Shown here one piece after another: positions 35,601 through 47,600 of a stretch of DNA of 64,000 nt. The first letter of the stretch is position 1. Every line of letters starts with the position of its first letter. The notes under the pieces were generated by a model, which worked only from the letters and a program-made list of their open reading frames with translations, was not told the origin of the DNA and did no database searches. This DNA comes from Cyanophora paradoxa CCMP329 (lineage: Eukaryota; Plantae; Glaucophyta): positions 1 through 64,000 of the forward strand of contig QPMI01000251.1 of NCBI GenBank assembly GCA_004431415.1, given 5' to 3'. The position numbers and the translations under genes are program-made.

Positions 35601-38600
35601 CAACCGAAATCCGGGTGCGCACGCTGTTTTTAGAAGCTCTTCCAGCAGAAGAAATTCATAACACCTGTGCAGATGCACCTGCGGATGCTGAAGATGCTGC
35701 TTCTTGCGAGCCAAGTACTCTCGGCCGGAGTTCTGCCGCAGATGAGGCGTCCGGAGCTGGCGTCAGCGGAAATGCATCCTCTGGTACGACACCGTCAGCC
35801 GGAGGCGATTCTGGAGCAGGGATTGGTAAGGGGCCTGATCTTTCGAAGTTGGTGCGATGTGCCTGTTATCTGCATGACGAAGAATGCGACGTGCTTACTC
35901 TTCTACCATGCAGCCGGCGGGCGCCGTTCAAGACACAGCAGGCTCCGATGCATCTACGAGCATTCAAGCTCAGGCTGCTGGCGCTGCCACACCAGGAAGG
36001 CCGCGACGACAGCCTGTTTCCGCACCTGCAGTTGCACCTCCCAATGCCTCCCCTGGTTCTTCTCCAGTGCGTCCGTCTTAAACACTTCCTTTTCTCTCCG
36101 TCCTCTCTCGATACCAGATTCTGACTTTTCATTTTAGGCCAGTGGCCTTGGAGGGAAATCAAAGACAGAAGGCGAATTGACCCAGGCTGAAGCGGCAAAC
36201 GCGGCCAAAGCGGCTTCCGCGGCCAGAGATGGCGACGCGTCGGGGCCAGCAGCTGCAGTTCCGACGGATGCATCGGCCCCTACGCCTGCCGCAGCCTCAG
36301 GATCCGGCAGCGCAGCAGGAGAAGCAGCCAGGAATGCTGGCGCGGCAAGCGATGTCGCGGCAGCGGGGAGTGGCAGCAGTGCAGCTGCCGAAGCGTTCTC
36401 CTCCGCGTCTGGAGCGGCGGCACAGGCGAGTGGGGCGGCCGCAATCCAGGGCGGGCGTGCTGGCGACGGCAACGAAGCGGCTTCCGCGGCCAGAGATGGC
36501 GACGCGTCGGGGCCAGCAGCTGCAGTTCCGACGGATGCATCGGCCCCTACGCCTGCCGCAGCCTCAGGATCCGGCAGCGCAGCAGGAGAAGCAGCCAGGA
36601 ACGCTGGCGCGGCAAGCGATGTCGCGGCAGCGGGGAGTGGCAGCAGTGCAGCTGCCGAAGCGTTCTCCTCCGCGTCTGGAGCGGCGGCACAGGCGAGTGG
36701 GGCGGCCGCAATCCAGGGCGGGCGTGCTGGCGACGGCAACGAAGCGGCTTCCGCGGCCAGAGATGGCGACGCGTCGGGGCCAGCAGCTGCAGTTCCGACG
36801 GATGCATCGGCCCCTACGCCTGCCGCAGCCTCAGGATCCGGCAGCGCAGCAGGAGAAGCAGCCAGGAACGCTAGTGTGGCAAGCGATGGCGCGGCAGCGG
36901 GGAGTGGCAGCAGTGCAGCTGCCGAAGCGTTCTCCACCGCGTCTGGAGCGGCGGCACAGGCGAGTGGGGCGACCGCAATCCAGGGCGGGCGTGCTGGCGA
37001 CAGCAACGAAGCGGCTTCCGCGGCCAGAGATGGCGACGCGTCGGGGCCAGCAGCTGCAGTTCCGACGGACATCGATGCATTGGCCCCTGCACATGCGGCA
37101 GCCTCCGGATCAAGCGCAGCGCCGAGCGCGGCCGCAGGCCGCTCAAACCCCGACATTGGCTCAGACGTTGGAGTCGCAGCGCATGCAGACGCGTCAAGTC
37201 CTGCGCTGACAACAGGCTCTGCGTCCACCACCACAGCTGAGCAGGCAGTCAATAGTGCTGGCGCGGCTATAACTGGCTTAGCCGCGGCGGGCGACAGCAG
37301 CGCAGCTTCCAATGCAGCATCGGCCGCTCCTGGAGAAACTACAACAGTGCTGCTGGCCAGAGTGGAAAACACGGGCCCGATCTGGGTCTCCTGGTCGCTC
37401 AACGGCCATCCGTCCGACGTCAAGGAGAAGCCGAAGCTCGCGTCCACGACGGTCGAGCTGTGGACGCAGGGCGCTGAGCGGAAGTGTGTCGGGGCGTGGA
37501 AGGTGCCGGCGAGAGAAGGCAACCTCGTGTTCGACAGGCTCATATTGCACTGGGGCACGATGAAGCCGTCCACCTCGTGCGTCGCGCTTTGCACGCCGGG
37601 CCGCGCCGTGATGCCTTCACGTCTGAACTGCGCCGGCGTTGACCGCGAGAACGCTCGTGCAGGTACGACGTGCGGGTGTGGGGCATGCCGGAGGGCGACA
37701 AGGTGCCGGTGGTGGCGGATGGTTTGAAGGTGACGACTCGCGCCCTGAATGCAGGTGAGCCGTGGGCTTCCCGCTTTTGCGTCTGCGCCGGCCTTGCTGG
37801 CACGATAGCTATAGTACGGTGATCTTCGATTGCGAGCACGCGGATGTTGAGCGTGCAATAGAGTGTGCAACGAGAAGCCCGCGTTCGCGAGCTGACTGGC
37901 TCTGGGCGCGCCCGCAGGCGAAAAGCCGGCGTTGTTCGAGGCGCAGCCGGCGCAGCACTTCTACTACCGCCTGTCGACGCACTCGTCGCCGGTAACGGTG
38001 CAGCTGGCCGAGCTCGCGGGCGGCGGGTCGGTCGTCGATCTGTGGAACGCAATCAAGCGCCTGACGTACTACTCGCTGCCGGCCGCCGACAAGCCGCGGC
38101 TCGCGCTCGCGAGCGGCGAGGTCCTGAAGGTGCGCCGAGGCGCTGCGTTCCGCGTCCGCGCCCGCCCAGTGTCGTGTGGCGCAGATGCACGAGAGGGACG
38201 GTGCGGCGGTGCCGCTGCAGTCGACCCCGGCTCAGGCGGGGCGGTGCTGGAGGCGGGCGCGACGTGCTACATGAGCGTGTCGGCGAGCTACAGCACGCGG
38301 GCAAGGCGGCGGAGGGCCGGGACGTGTACGTGTCGTGGGCGCTGAACGAGAAGTGGAAAGAGAAGGAGCCGCCTGTCTTCAACGAGATCTACGTGGAGCT
38401 GTGGGACGAGAGGACGCCCGAGCAGCGGGCGGAGTGGACGCTGCCGGCGAAGCACGGCGGGGTGGAGTTCAACGCGCTGCAGATGTTCGGGCTGGTGCTG
38501 CGATCGCGTGTGACGTGAGCCCTGGCGATGTTGTGGCGCGGGCAGCTCGAGGGGTCGCTGACGTGGGTGCAGGTACTGCTTGCGGTGTGGGGACGGTACG

Positions 38601-41600
38601 AGAGTGGGGCGCTGCCTGGGGAGACGAAGATCAACATTGGATCCCTGTCCTCCGGTGCGCTGCGCAGCCACGGGAGGACGTCAGTGGCGTTGCTGACGGA
38701 GAGACGGCCGCCCGCGCGCAGGCGACGTGGAGCCGGCGGACGAGGCGATCCTCGCGAAGCCGGCGACGGCGTTCTTCGTGGCGCACGGGACGACGACGAT
38801 GAAGTGGATCCAGCTCGCCAGCGGCGCCTCGACTCTCGGTCTCAAACAGGCGGTCGAGCGGGCGATGGGCCTCTCCGCGAACCGCAGGCGGCTGCGCATC
38901 GCGATGCCGGATGGCGAAGTTGTGCAGGCGTGCACCAGCTGCTCGCCGCCGTGCTTGGCGTTCAGTCACTCACGCCGTCCGCGCGCAGCCGTACTCGGCA
39001 GATGCGAAGGAGATACCGCTCGCGAAGACGCCCCTGAAACCGGGCAGCATCCTCACCGCCAAAGACCTCGGCGATTTCTACCTGCACTCCTGCCAATCTT
39101 CGTCGGGGCCGGTGTGGATCCACTGGGACCTTAACGGCCATCCGTCCGACGTCAAGGAGAAGCCGAAGCTCGCGTCCACGACGGTCGAGCTGTGGACGCA
39201 GGGCGCTGAGCGGAAGTGTGTCGGGGCGTGGAAGGTGCCGGCGAGAGAAGGCAACCTCGTGTTCGACAGGCTCATATTGCACTGGGGCACGATGAAGCCG
39301 TCCACCTCGTGCGTCGCGCATTGCACACCGGGCCGCGCCGTGATGCCTTCACGTCTGAACTGCGCCGGCGCTGACCGCGAGAACGCTCGTGCAGGTACGA
39401 CGTGCGGGTGTGGGGCATGCCGGAGGGCGACAAGGTGCCGGTGGTGGCGGATGGTTTGAAGGTGACGACTCGCGCCCTGAATGCAGGTGAGCCGCGGGCT
39501 TCCCGCTTTTGCGTCTGCGCCGGCCTTGCTGGCACGATAGTACGGTGATCTTCGATTGCGAGCACGCGGATGTTGAGCGTGCAATAGAGTGTGCAACGAG
39601 AAGCCCGCGTTCGCGAGCTGACTGGCTCTGGGCGCGCCCACAGGCGAAAAGCCGGCGTTGTTCGAGGCGCAGCCGGCGCAGCACTTCTACTACCGCCTGT
39701 CGACGCACTCGTCGCCGGTAACGGTGCAGCTGGCCGAGCTCGCGGGCGGCGGGTCGGTCGTCGATCTGTGGAACGCAATCAAGCGCCTGACGTACTACTC
39801 GCTGCCGGCCGCCGACAAGCCGCGGCTCGCGCTCGCGAGCGGCGAGGTCCTGAAGGTGCGCCGAGGCGCTGCGTTCCGCGTCCACGCCCGCCCAGTGTTG
39901 TGTGGCGCAGATGCACGAGAGGGACGGTGCGGCGGTGCCGCTGCAGTCGACCCCGGCTCAGGCGGGGGCGGTGCTGGAGGCGGGCGCGACGTGCTACATG
40001 AGCGTGTCGGCGAGCTACAGCACGCGGGGCAAGGCGGCGGAGGGCCGGGACGTGTACGTGTCGTGGGCGCTGAACGAGAAGTGGAAAGAGAAGGAGCCGC
40101 CTGTCTTCAACGAGATCTACGTGGAGCTGTGGGACGAGAGGACGCCCGAGCAGCGGGCGGAGTGGACGCTGCCGGCGAAGCATGGCGGGGTGGAGTTCAA
40201 CGCGCTGCAGATGTTCGGGCTGTTGCTGCGATCGCGTGTGACGTGAGCCCTGGCGATGTTGTGGCGCGGGCAGCTCGAGGGGGTCGCTGACGTGGGTGCA
40301 GGTACTGCTTGCGGGTGTGGGGACGGTACGAGAGTGGGGCGCTGCCTGGGGAGACGAAGATCAACATTGGATCCCTGTCCTCCGGTGCGCTGCGCAGCCA
40401 CGGGAGGGACGTCAGTGGCGTTGCTGACGGGAGAGACGGCCGCCCCGCGCGCAGGCGACGTGGAGCCGGCGGACGAGGCGATCCTCGCGAAGCCGGCGAC
40501 GGCGTTCTTCGTGGCGCACGGGACGACGACGATGAAGTGGATCCAGCTCGCCAGCGGCGCCTCGACTCTCGGTCTCAAACAGGCGGTCGAGCGGGCGATG
40601 GGCCTCTCCGCGAACCGCAGGCGGCTGCGCATCGCGATGCCGGATGGCGAAGTTGTGCAGGCGTGCACCAGCTGCTCGCCGCCGTGCTTGGCGTTCAGTC
40701 ACTCACGCCGTCCGCGCGCAGCCGTACTCGGCAGATGCGAAGGAGATACCGCTCGCGAAGACGCCCCTGAAACCGGGCAGCATCCTCACCGCCAAAGACC
40801 TCGGCGATTTCTACCTGCACTCCTGCCAATCTTCGTCGGGGCCGGTGTGGATCCACTGGGACCTTAACGGCCATCCGTCCGACGTCAAGGAGAAGCCGAA
40901 GCTCGCGTCCACGACGGTCGAGCTGTGGACGCAGGGCGCTGAGCGGAAGTGTGTCGGGGCGTGGAAGGTGCCGGCGAGAGAAGGCAACCTCGTGTTCGAC
41001 AGGCTCATATTGCACTGGGGCACGATGAAGCCGTCCACCTCGTGCGTCGCGCATTGCACACCGGGCCGCGCCGTGATGCCTTCACGTCTGAACTGCGCCG
41101 GCGCTGACCGCGAGAACGCTCGTGCAGGTACGACGTGCGGGTGTGGGGCATGCCGGAGGGCGACAAGGTGCCGGTGGTGGCGGATGGTTTGAAGGTGACG
41201 ACTCGCGCCCTGAATGCAGGTGAGCCGCGGGCTTCCCGCTTTTGCGTCTGCGCCGGCCTTGCTGGCACGATAGTACGGTGATCTTCGATTGCGAGCACGC
41301 GGATGTTGAGCGTGCAATAGAGTGTGCAACGAGAAGCCCGCGTTCGCGAGCTGACTGGCTCTGGGCGCGCCCGCAGGCGAAAAGCCGGCGTTGTTCGAGG
41401 CGCAGCCGGCGCAGCACTTCTACTACCGCCTGTCGACGCACTCGTCGCCGGTAACGGTGCAGCTGGCCGAGCTCGCGGGCGGCGGGTCGGTCGTCGATCT
41501 GTGGAACGCAATCAAGCGCCTGACGTACTACTCGCTGCCGGCCGCCGACAAGCCGCGGCTCGCGCTCGCGAGCGGCGAGGTCCTGAAGGTGCGCCGAGGC

Positions 41601-44600
41601 GCTGCGTTCCGCGTCCGCGCCTGCCCAGTGTCGTGTGGCACAGATGCACGAGAGGGACGGTGCGGCGGTGCCGCTGCAGTCGACCCCGGCTCAGGCGGGG
41701 GCGGTGCTGGAGGCGGGCGCGACGTGCTACATGAGCGTGTCGGCGAGCTACAGCACGCGGGGCAAGGCGGCGGAGGGCCGGGACGTGTACGTGTCGTGGG
41801 CGCTGAACGAGAAGTGGAAAGAGAAGGAGCCGCCTGTCTTCAACGAGATCTACGTGGAGCTGTGGGACGAGAGGACGCCCGAGCAGCGGGCGGAGTGGAC
41901 GCTGCCGGCGAAGCACGGCGGGGTGGAGTTCAACGCGCTGCAGATGTTCGGGCTGGTGCTGCGATCGCGTGTGACGTGAGCCCTGGCGATGTTGTGGCGC
42001 GGGCAGCTCGAGGGGGTCGCTGACGTGGGTGCAGGTACTGCTTGCGGGTGTGGGGACGGTACGAGAGTGGGGCGCTGCCTGGGGAGACGAAGATCAACAT
42101 TGGATCCCTGTCCTCCGGTGCGCTGCGCAGCCACGGGAGGGACGTCAGTGGCGTTGCTGACGGGAGGGACGGCCGCCCCGCGTGCAGGCGACGTGGAGCC
42201 GGCGGACGAGGCGATCCTCGCGAAGCCGGCGACGGCGTTCTTCGTGGCGCACGGGACGACGACGATGAAGTGGATCCAGCTCGCCAGCGGCGCCTCGACT
42301 CTCGGTCTCAAACAGGCGGTCGAGCGGGCGATGGGCCTCTCCGCGAACCGCAGGCGGCTGCGCATCGCGATGCCGGATGGCGAAGTTGTGCAGGCGTGCA
42401 CCAGCTGCTCGCCGCCGTGCTTGGCGTTCAGTCACTCACGCCGTCCGCGCGCAGCCGTACTCGGCAGATGCGAAGGAGATACCGCTCGCGAAGACGCCCC
42501 TGAAACCGGGCAGCATCCTCACCGCCAAAGACCTCGGCGATTTCTACCTGCACTCCTGCCAATCTTCGTCGGGGCCGGTGTGGATCCACTGGGACCTTAA
42601 CGGCCATCCGTCCGACGTCAAGGAGAAGCCGAAGCTCGCGTCCACGACGGTCGAGCTGTGGACGCAGGGCGCTGAGCGGAAGTGTGTCGGGGCGTGGAAG
42701 GTGCCGGCGAGAGAAGGCAACCTCGTGTTCGACAGGCTCATATTGCACTGGGCACGATGAAGCCGTCCACCTCGTGCGTCGCGCATTGCACACCGGGCCG
42801 CGCCGTGATGCCTTCACGTCTGAACTGCGCCGGCGCTGACCGCGAGAACGCTCGTGCAGGTACGACGTGCGGGTGTGGGGCATGCCGGAGGGCGACAAGG
42901 TGCCGGTGGTGGCGGATGGTTTGAAGGTGACGACTCGCGCCCTGAATGCAGGTGAGCCGCGGGCTTCCCGCTTTTGCGTCTGCGCCGGCCTTGCTGGCAC
43001 GATAGTACGGTGATCTTCGATTGCGAGCACGCGGATGTTGAGCGTGCAATAGAGTGTGCAACGAGAAGCCCGCGTTCGCGAGCTGACTGGCTCTGGGCGC
43101 GCCCGCAGGCGAAAAGCCGGCGTTGTTCGAGGCGCAGCCGGCGCAGCACTTCTACTACCGCCTGTCGACGCACTCGTCGCCGGTAACGGTGCAGCTGGCC
43201 GAGCTCGCGGGCGGCGGGTCGGTCGTCGATCTGTGGAACGCAATCAAGCGCCTGACGTACTACTCGCTGCCGGCCGCCGACAAGCCGCGGCTCGCGCTCG
43301 CGAGCGGCGAGGTCCTGAAGGTGCGCCGAGGCGCTGCGTTCCGCGTCCGCGCCCGCCCAGTGTCGTGTGGCGCAGATGCACGAGAGGGACGGTGCGGCGG
43401 TGCCGCTGCAGTCGACCCCGGCTCAGGCGGGGGCGGTGCTGGAGGCGGGCGCGACGTGCTACATGAGCGTGTCGGCGAGCTACAGCACGCGGGGCAAGGC
43501 GGCGGAGGGCCGGGACGTGTACGTGTCGTGGGCGCTGAACGAGAAGTGGAAAGAGAAGGAGCCGCCTGTCTTCAACGAGATCTACGTGGAGCTGTGGGAC
43601 GAGAGGACGCCCGAGCAGCGGGCGGAGTGGACGCTGCCGGCGAAGCACGGCGGGGTGGAGTTCAACGCGCTGCAGATGTTCGGGCTGGTGCTGCGATCGC
43701 GTGTGACGTGAGCCCTGGCGATGTTGTGGCGCGGGCAGCTCGAGGGGGTCGCTGACGTGGGTGCAGGTACTGCTTGCGGGTGTGGGGACGGTACGAGAGT
43801 GGGGCGCTGCCTGGGGAGACGAAGATCAACATTGGATCCCTGTCCTCCGGTGCGCTGCGCAGCCACGGGAGGGACGTCAGTGGCGTTGCTGACGGGAGAG
43901 ACGGCCGCCCCGCGCGCAGGCGACGTGGAGCCGGCGGACGAGGCGATCCTCGCGAAGCCGGCGACGGCGTTCTTCGTGGCGCACGGGACGACGACGATGA
44001 AGTGGATCCAGCTCGCCAGCGGCGCCTCGACTCTCGGTCTCAAACAGGCGGTCGAGCGGGCGATGGGCCTCTCCGCGAACCGCAGGCGGCTGCGCATCGC
44101 GATGCCGGATGGCGAAGTTGTGCAGGCGTGCACCAGCTGCTCGCCGCCGTGCTTGGCGTTCAGTCACTCACGCCGTCCGCGCGCAGCCGTACTCGGCAGA
44201 TGCGAAGGAGATACCGCTCGCGAAGACGCCCCTGAAACCGGGCAGCATCCTCACCGCCAAAGACCTCGGCGATTTCTACCTGCACTCCTGCCAATCTTCG
44301 TCGGGGCCGGTGTGGATCCACTGGGACCTTAACGGCCATCCGTCCGACGTCAAGGAGAAGCCGAAGCTCGCGTCCACGACGGTCGAGCTGTGGACGCAGG
44401 GCGCTGAGCGGAAGTGTGTCGGGGCGTGGAAGGTGCCGGCGAGAGAAGGCAACCTCGTGTTCGACAGGCTCATATTGCACTGGGGCACGATGAAGCCGTC
44501 CACCTCGTGCGTCGCGCATTGCACACCGGGCCGCGCCGTGATGCCTTCACGTCTGAACTGCGCCGGCGTTGACCGCGAGAACGCTCGTGCAGGTACGACG

Positions 44601-47600
44601 TGCGGGTGTGGGGCATGCCGGAGGGCGACAAGGTGCCGGTGGTGGCGGATGGTTTGAAGGTGACGACTCGCGCCCTGAATGCAGGTGAGCCGCGGGCTTC
44701 CCGCTTTTGCGTCTGCGCCGGCCTTGCTGGCACGATAGTACGGTGATCTTCGATTGCGTGCACGCGGATGTTGAGCGTGCAATAGAGTGTGCAACGAGAA
44801 GCCCGCGTTCGCGAGCTGACTGGCTCTGGGCGCGCCCGCAGGCGAAAAGCCGGCGTTGTTCGAGGCGCAGCCGGCGCAGCACTTCTACTACCGCCTGTCG
44901 ACGCACTCGTCGCCGGTAACGGTGCAGCTGGCCGAGCTCGCGGGCGGCGGGTCGGTCGTCGATCTGTGGAACGCAATCAAGCGCCTGACGTACTACTCGC
45001 TGCCGGCCGCCGACAAGCCGCGGCTCGCGCTCGCGAGCGGCGAGGTCCTGAAGGTGCGCCGAGGCGCTGCGTTCCGCGTCCACGCCCGCCCAGTGTTGTG
45101 TGGCGCAGATGCACGAGAGGGACGGTGCGGCGGTGCCGCTGCAGTCGACCCCGGCTCAGGCGGGGGCGGTGCTGGAGGCGGGCGCGACGTGCTACATGAG
45201 CGTGTCGGCGAGCTACAGCACGCGGGGCAAGGCGGCGGAGGGCCGGGACGTGTACGTGTCGTGGGCGCTGAACGAGAAGTGGAAAGAGAAGGAGCCGCCT
45301 GTCTTCAACGAGATCTACGTGGAGCTGTGGGACGAGAGGACGCCCGAGCAGCGGGCGGAGTGGACGCTGCCGGCGAAGCACGGCGGGTGGAGTTCAACGC
45401 GCTGCAGATGTTCGGGCTGGTGCTGCGATCGCGTGTGACGTGAGCCCTGGCGATGTTGTGGCGCGGGCAGCTCGAGGGGTCGCTGACGTGGGTGCAGGTA
45501 CTGCTTGCGGGTGTGGGGACGGTACGAGAGTGGGGCGCTGCCTGGGGAGACGAAGATCAACATTGGATCCCTGTCCTCCGGTGCGCTGCGCAGCCACGGG
45601 AGGGACGTCAGTGGCGTTGCTGACGGGAGAGACGGCCGCCCCGCGCGCAGGCGACGTGGAGCCGGCGGACGAGGCGATCCTCGCGAAGCCGGCGACGGCG
45701 TTCTTCGTGGCGCACGGGACGACGACGATGAAGTGGATCCAGCTCGCCAGCGGCGCCTCGACTCTCGGTCTCAAACAGGCGGTCGAGCGGGCGATGGGCC
45801 TCTCCGCGAACCGCAGGCGGCTGCGCATCGCGATGCCGGATGGCGAAGTTGTGCAGGCGTGCACCAGCTGCTCGCCGCCGTGCTTGGCGTTCAGTCACTC
45901 ACGCCGTCCGCGCGCAGCCGTACACGAAGGACGCGACGGAGATCCCGCTCGCCAAGACGCCCGCAAAGTCGGGCAGCATTCTCGTCGCGCGGGACCTCGG
46001 CGAGTACTACCTCAGCATCGGGACCAGCTACGAGGGCCCCGTGTATGTCTATTGGTCGCTCAACGGGCAGCCGTCCGACGCGAAGGCGAAGCCGAAGCTC
46101 GCGCACGTGATGGTCGAGCTGTGGACGCAGGGCGCAGAGAGCAAGCGTGTGGGGCTGTGGAAGGTGCCCGCGTCCGAGGGAAGCGTCGTGTTCAACCAGG
46201 TCGTGCTGCACTGGGGCACGATGAAGCCTTCTACGCAGTGCGCGCGGCAGTGCTGCGCGCTCGCGATTTCCATGCTGCATCTTCACCAGGGGATGCCTGA
46301 TCACTCTACGTGCCCGCGCAGGTACGGCGTGCGGGTGTGGACGATTCCGGAGCTGGAGGGCGAAACAGTGCCGCTGGTGTCGGACATCGTGGGCAAGAAG
46401 ACGCGCGCCCTAAACTCGGGTGAGTGCCGTGCAGCGGGCTATAGAAGCGCGTGCTCCATTCGTGAACTGCACGGTTCTCACGATGCGCTCTCGCCTCGCT
46501 CGTCCCCGCAGGAGAGACGCCCGCGCTTTTCAACTCGCAGCCCGACCTGCACCTCTTCTACCGGCGGACGGGTGACAGCTCGCCGGTGACGCTGCAGCTG
46601 GCCGAGATGGCAGAGGGCGCGACGGGTGTCGACCTCACTACCATGATCAAGCGCGTCTCCGTGTACTCGGTTCCAGAGGCTGCAAAGCAGCAGCTGTCTC
46701 TCGCAAGCGGCGACGCGATCAAGGTTCGTCGTATTCTACTCTCGATGCCGGATCGCCGATCGGTTTACTCGACGTGCAGATGTACGCGGCGGACGGCACG
46801 CCTGTGCAGCTCACGGCGTCGGGTGTCACTCGGGTGTGGTAGTGGCCATCGGCGGGAGTTTCTACATGAGCGCGTCAGCCGGTTTCAGCTCGCGAAGCAA
46901 AGCGGTGGAGGGGCGAGACGTGACGGTCTCATGGCCCTCTTGGGGAGGCGAAAGGATCAGGGCCGCCCGTCTTCCACGAGATGTACGTGGAGCTGTGGGA
47001 GGAGAAGACACCGGAGACGCGAGCCGAGTGGACGCTGCCTGCGAAGCACGGCGAGGTGCAGTTCAGCGCGCTGCAGATGTTCGGGCTGGTGCTGCGGTCA
47101 AGCACGACGTGAGCCGGGTCGATTGACGAAGCGCTGGAAGGCGATGGCTGATGCCGCTGCGCGGCACGCAGGTACTGCGTGCGAGTGTGGGGCCGGTACG
47201 AGCAGGGCTCGCTCACGGCGGAGACGAAGCTCTCCATCGGGTCCCTGTCGTCGGGTTCGTCCCTTGCCGTGCTGCTTTCGCATTCCGAGCGTATTGCCCG
47301 AAAGGCTGATCTCGTTGCGCAGGCGACGTGGAGCCGGCGGACGAGGCGATCCTCGCGAAGCCGGCGACGGCGTTCTTCGTGGCGCACGGGACGACGACGA
47401 TGAAGTGGATCCAGCTCGCCAGCGGCGCCTCGACTCTCGGTCTCAAACAGGCGGTCGAGCGGGCGATGGGCCTCTCCGCGAACCGCAGGCGGCTGCGCAT
47501 CGCGATGCCGGATGGCGAAGTTGTGCAGGCGTGCACCAGCTGCTCGCCGCCGTGCTTGGCGTTCAGTCACTCACGCCGTCCGCGCGCAGCCGTACTCGGC

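Noticed and set aside
38722-39075. Polyubiquitin or conjugatable Ubl precursor
   Set aside because: The Ubl-like units are highly divergent from ubiquitin, lack the C-terminal di-Gly and alternate with FN3-like domains.
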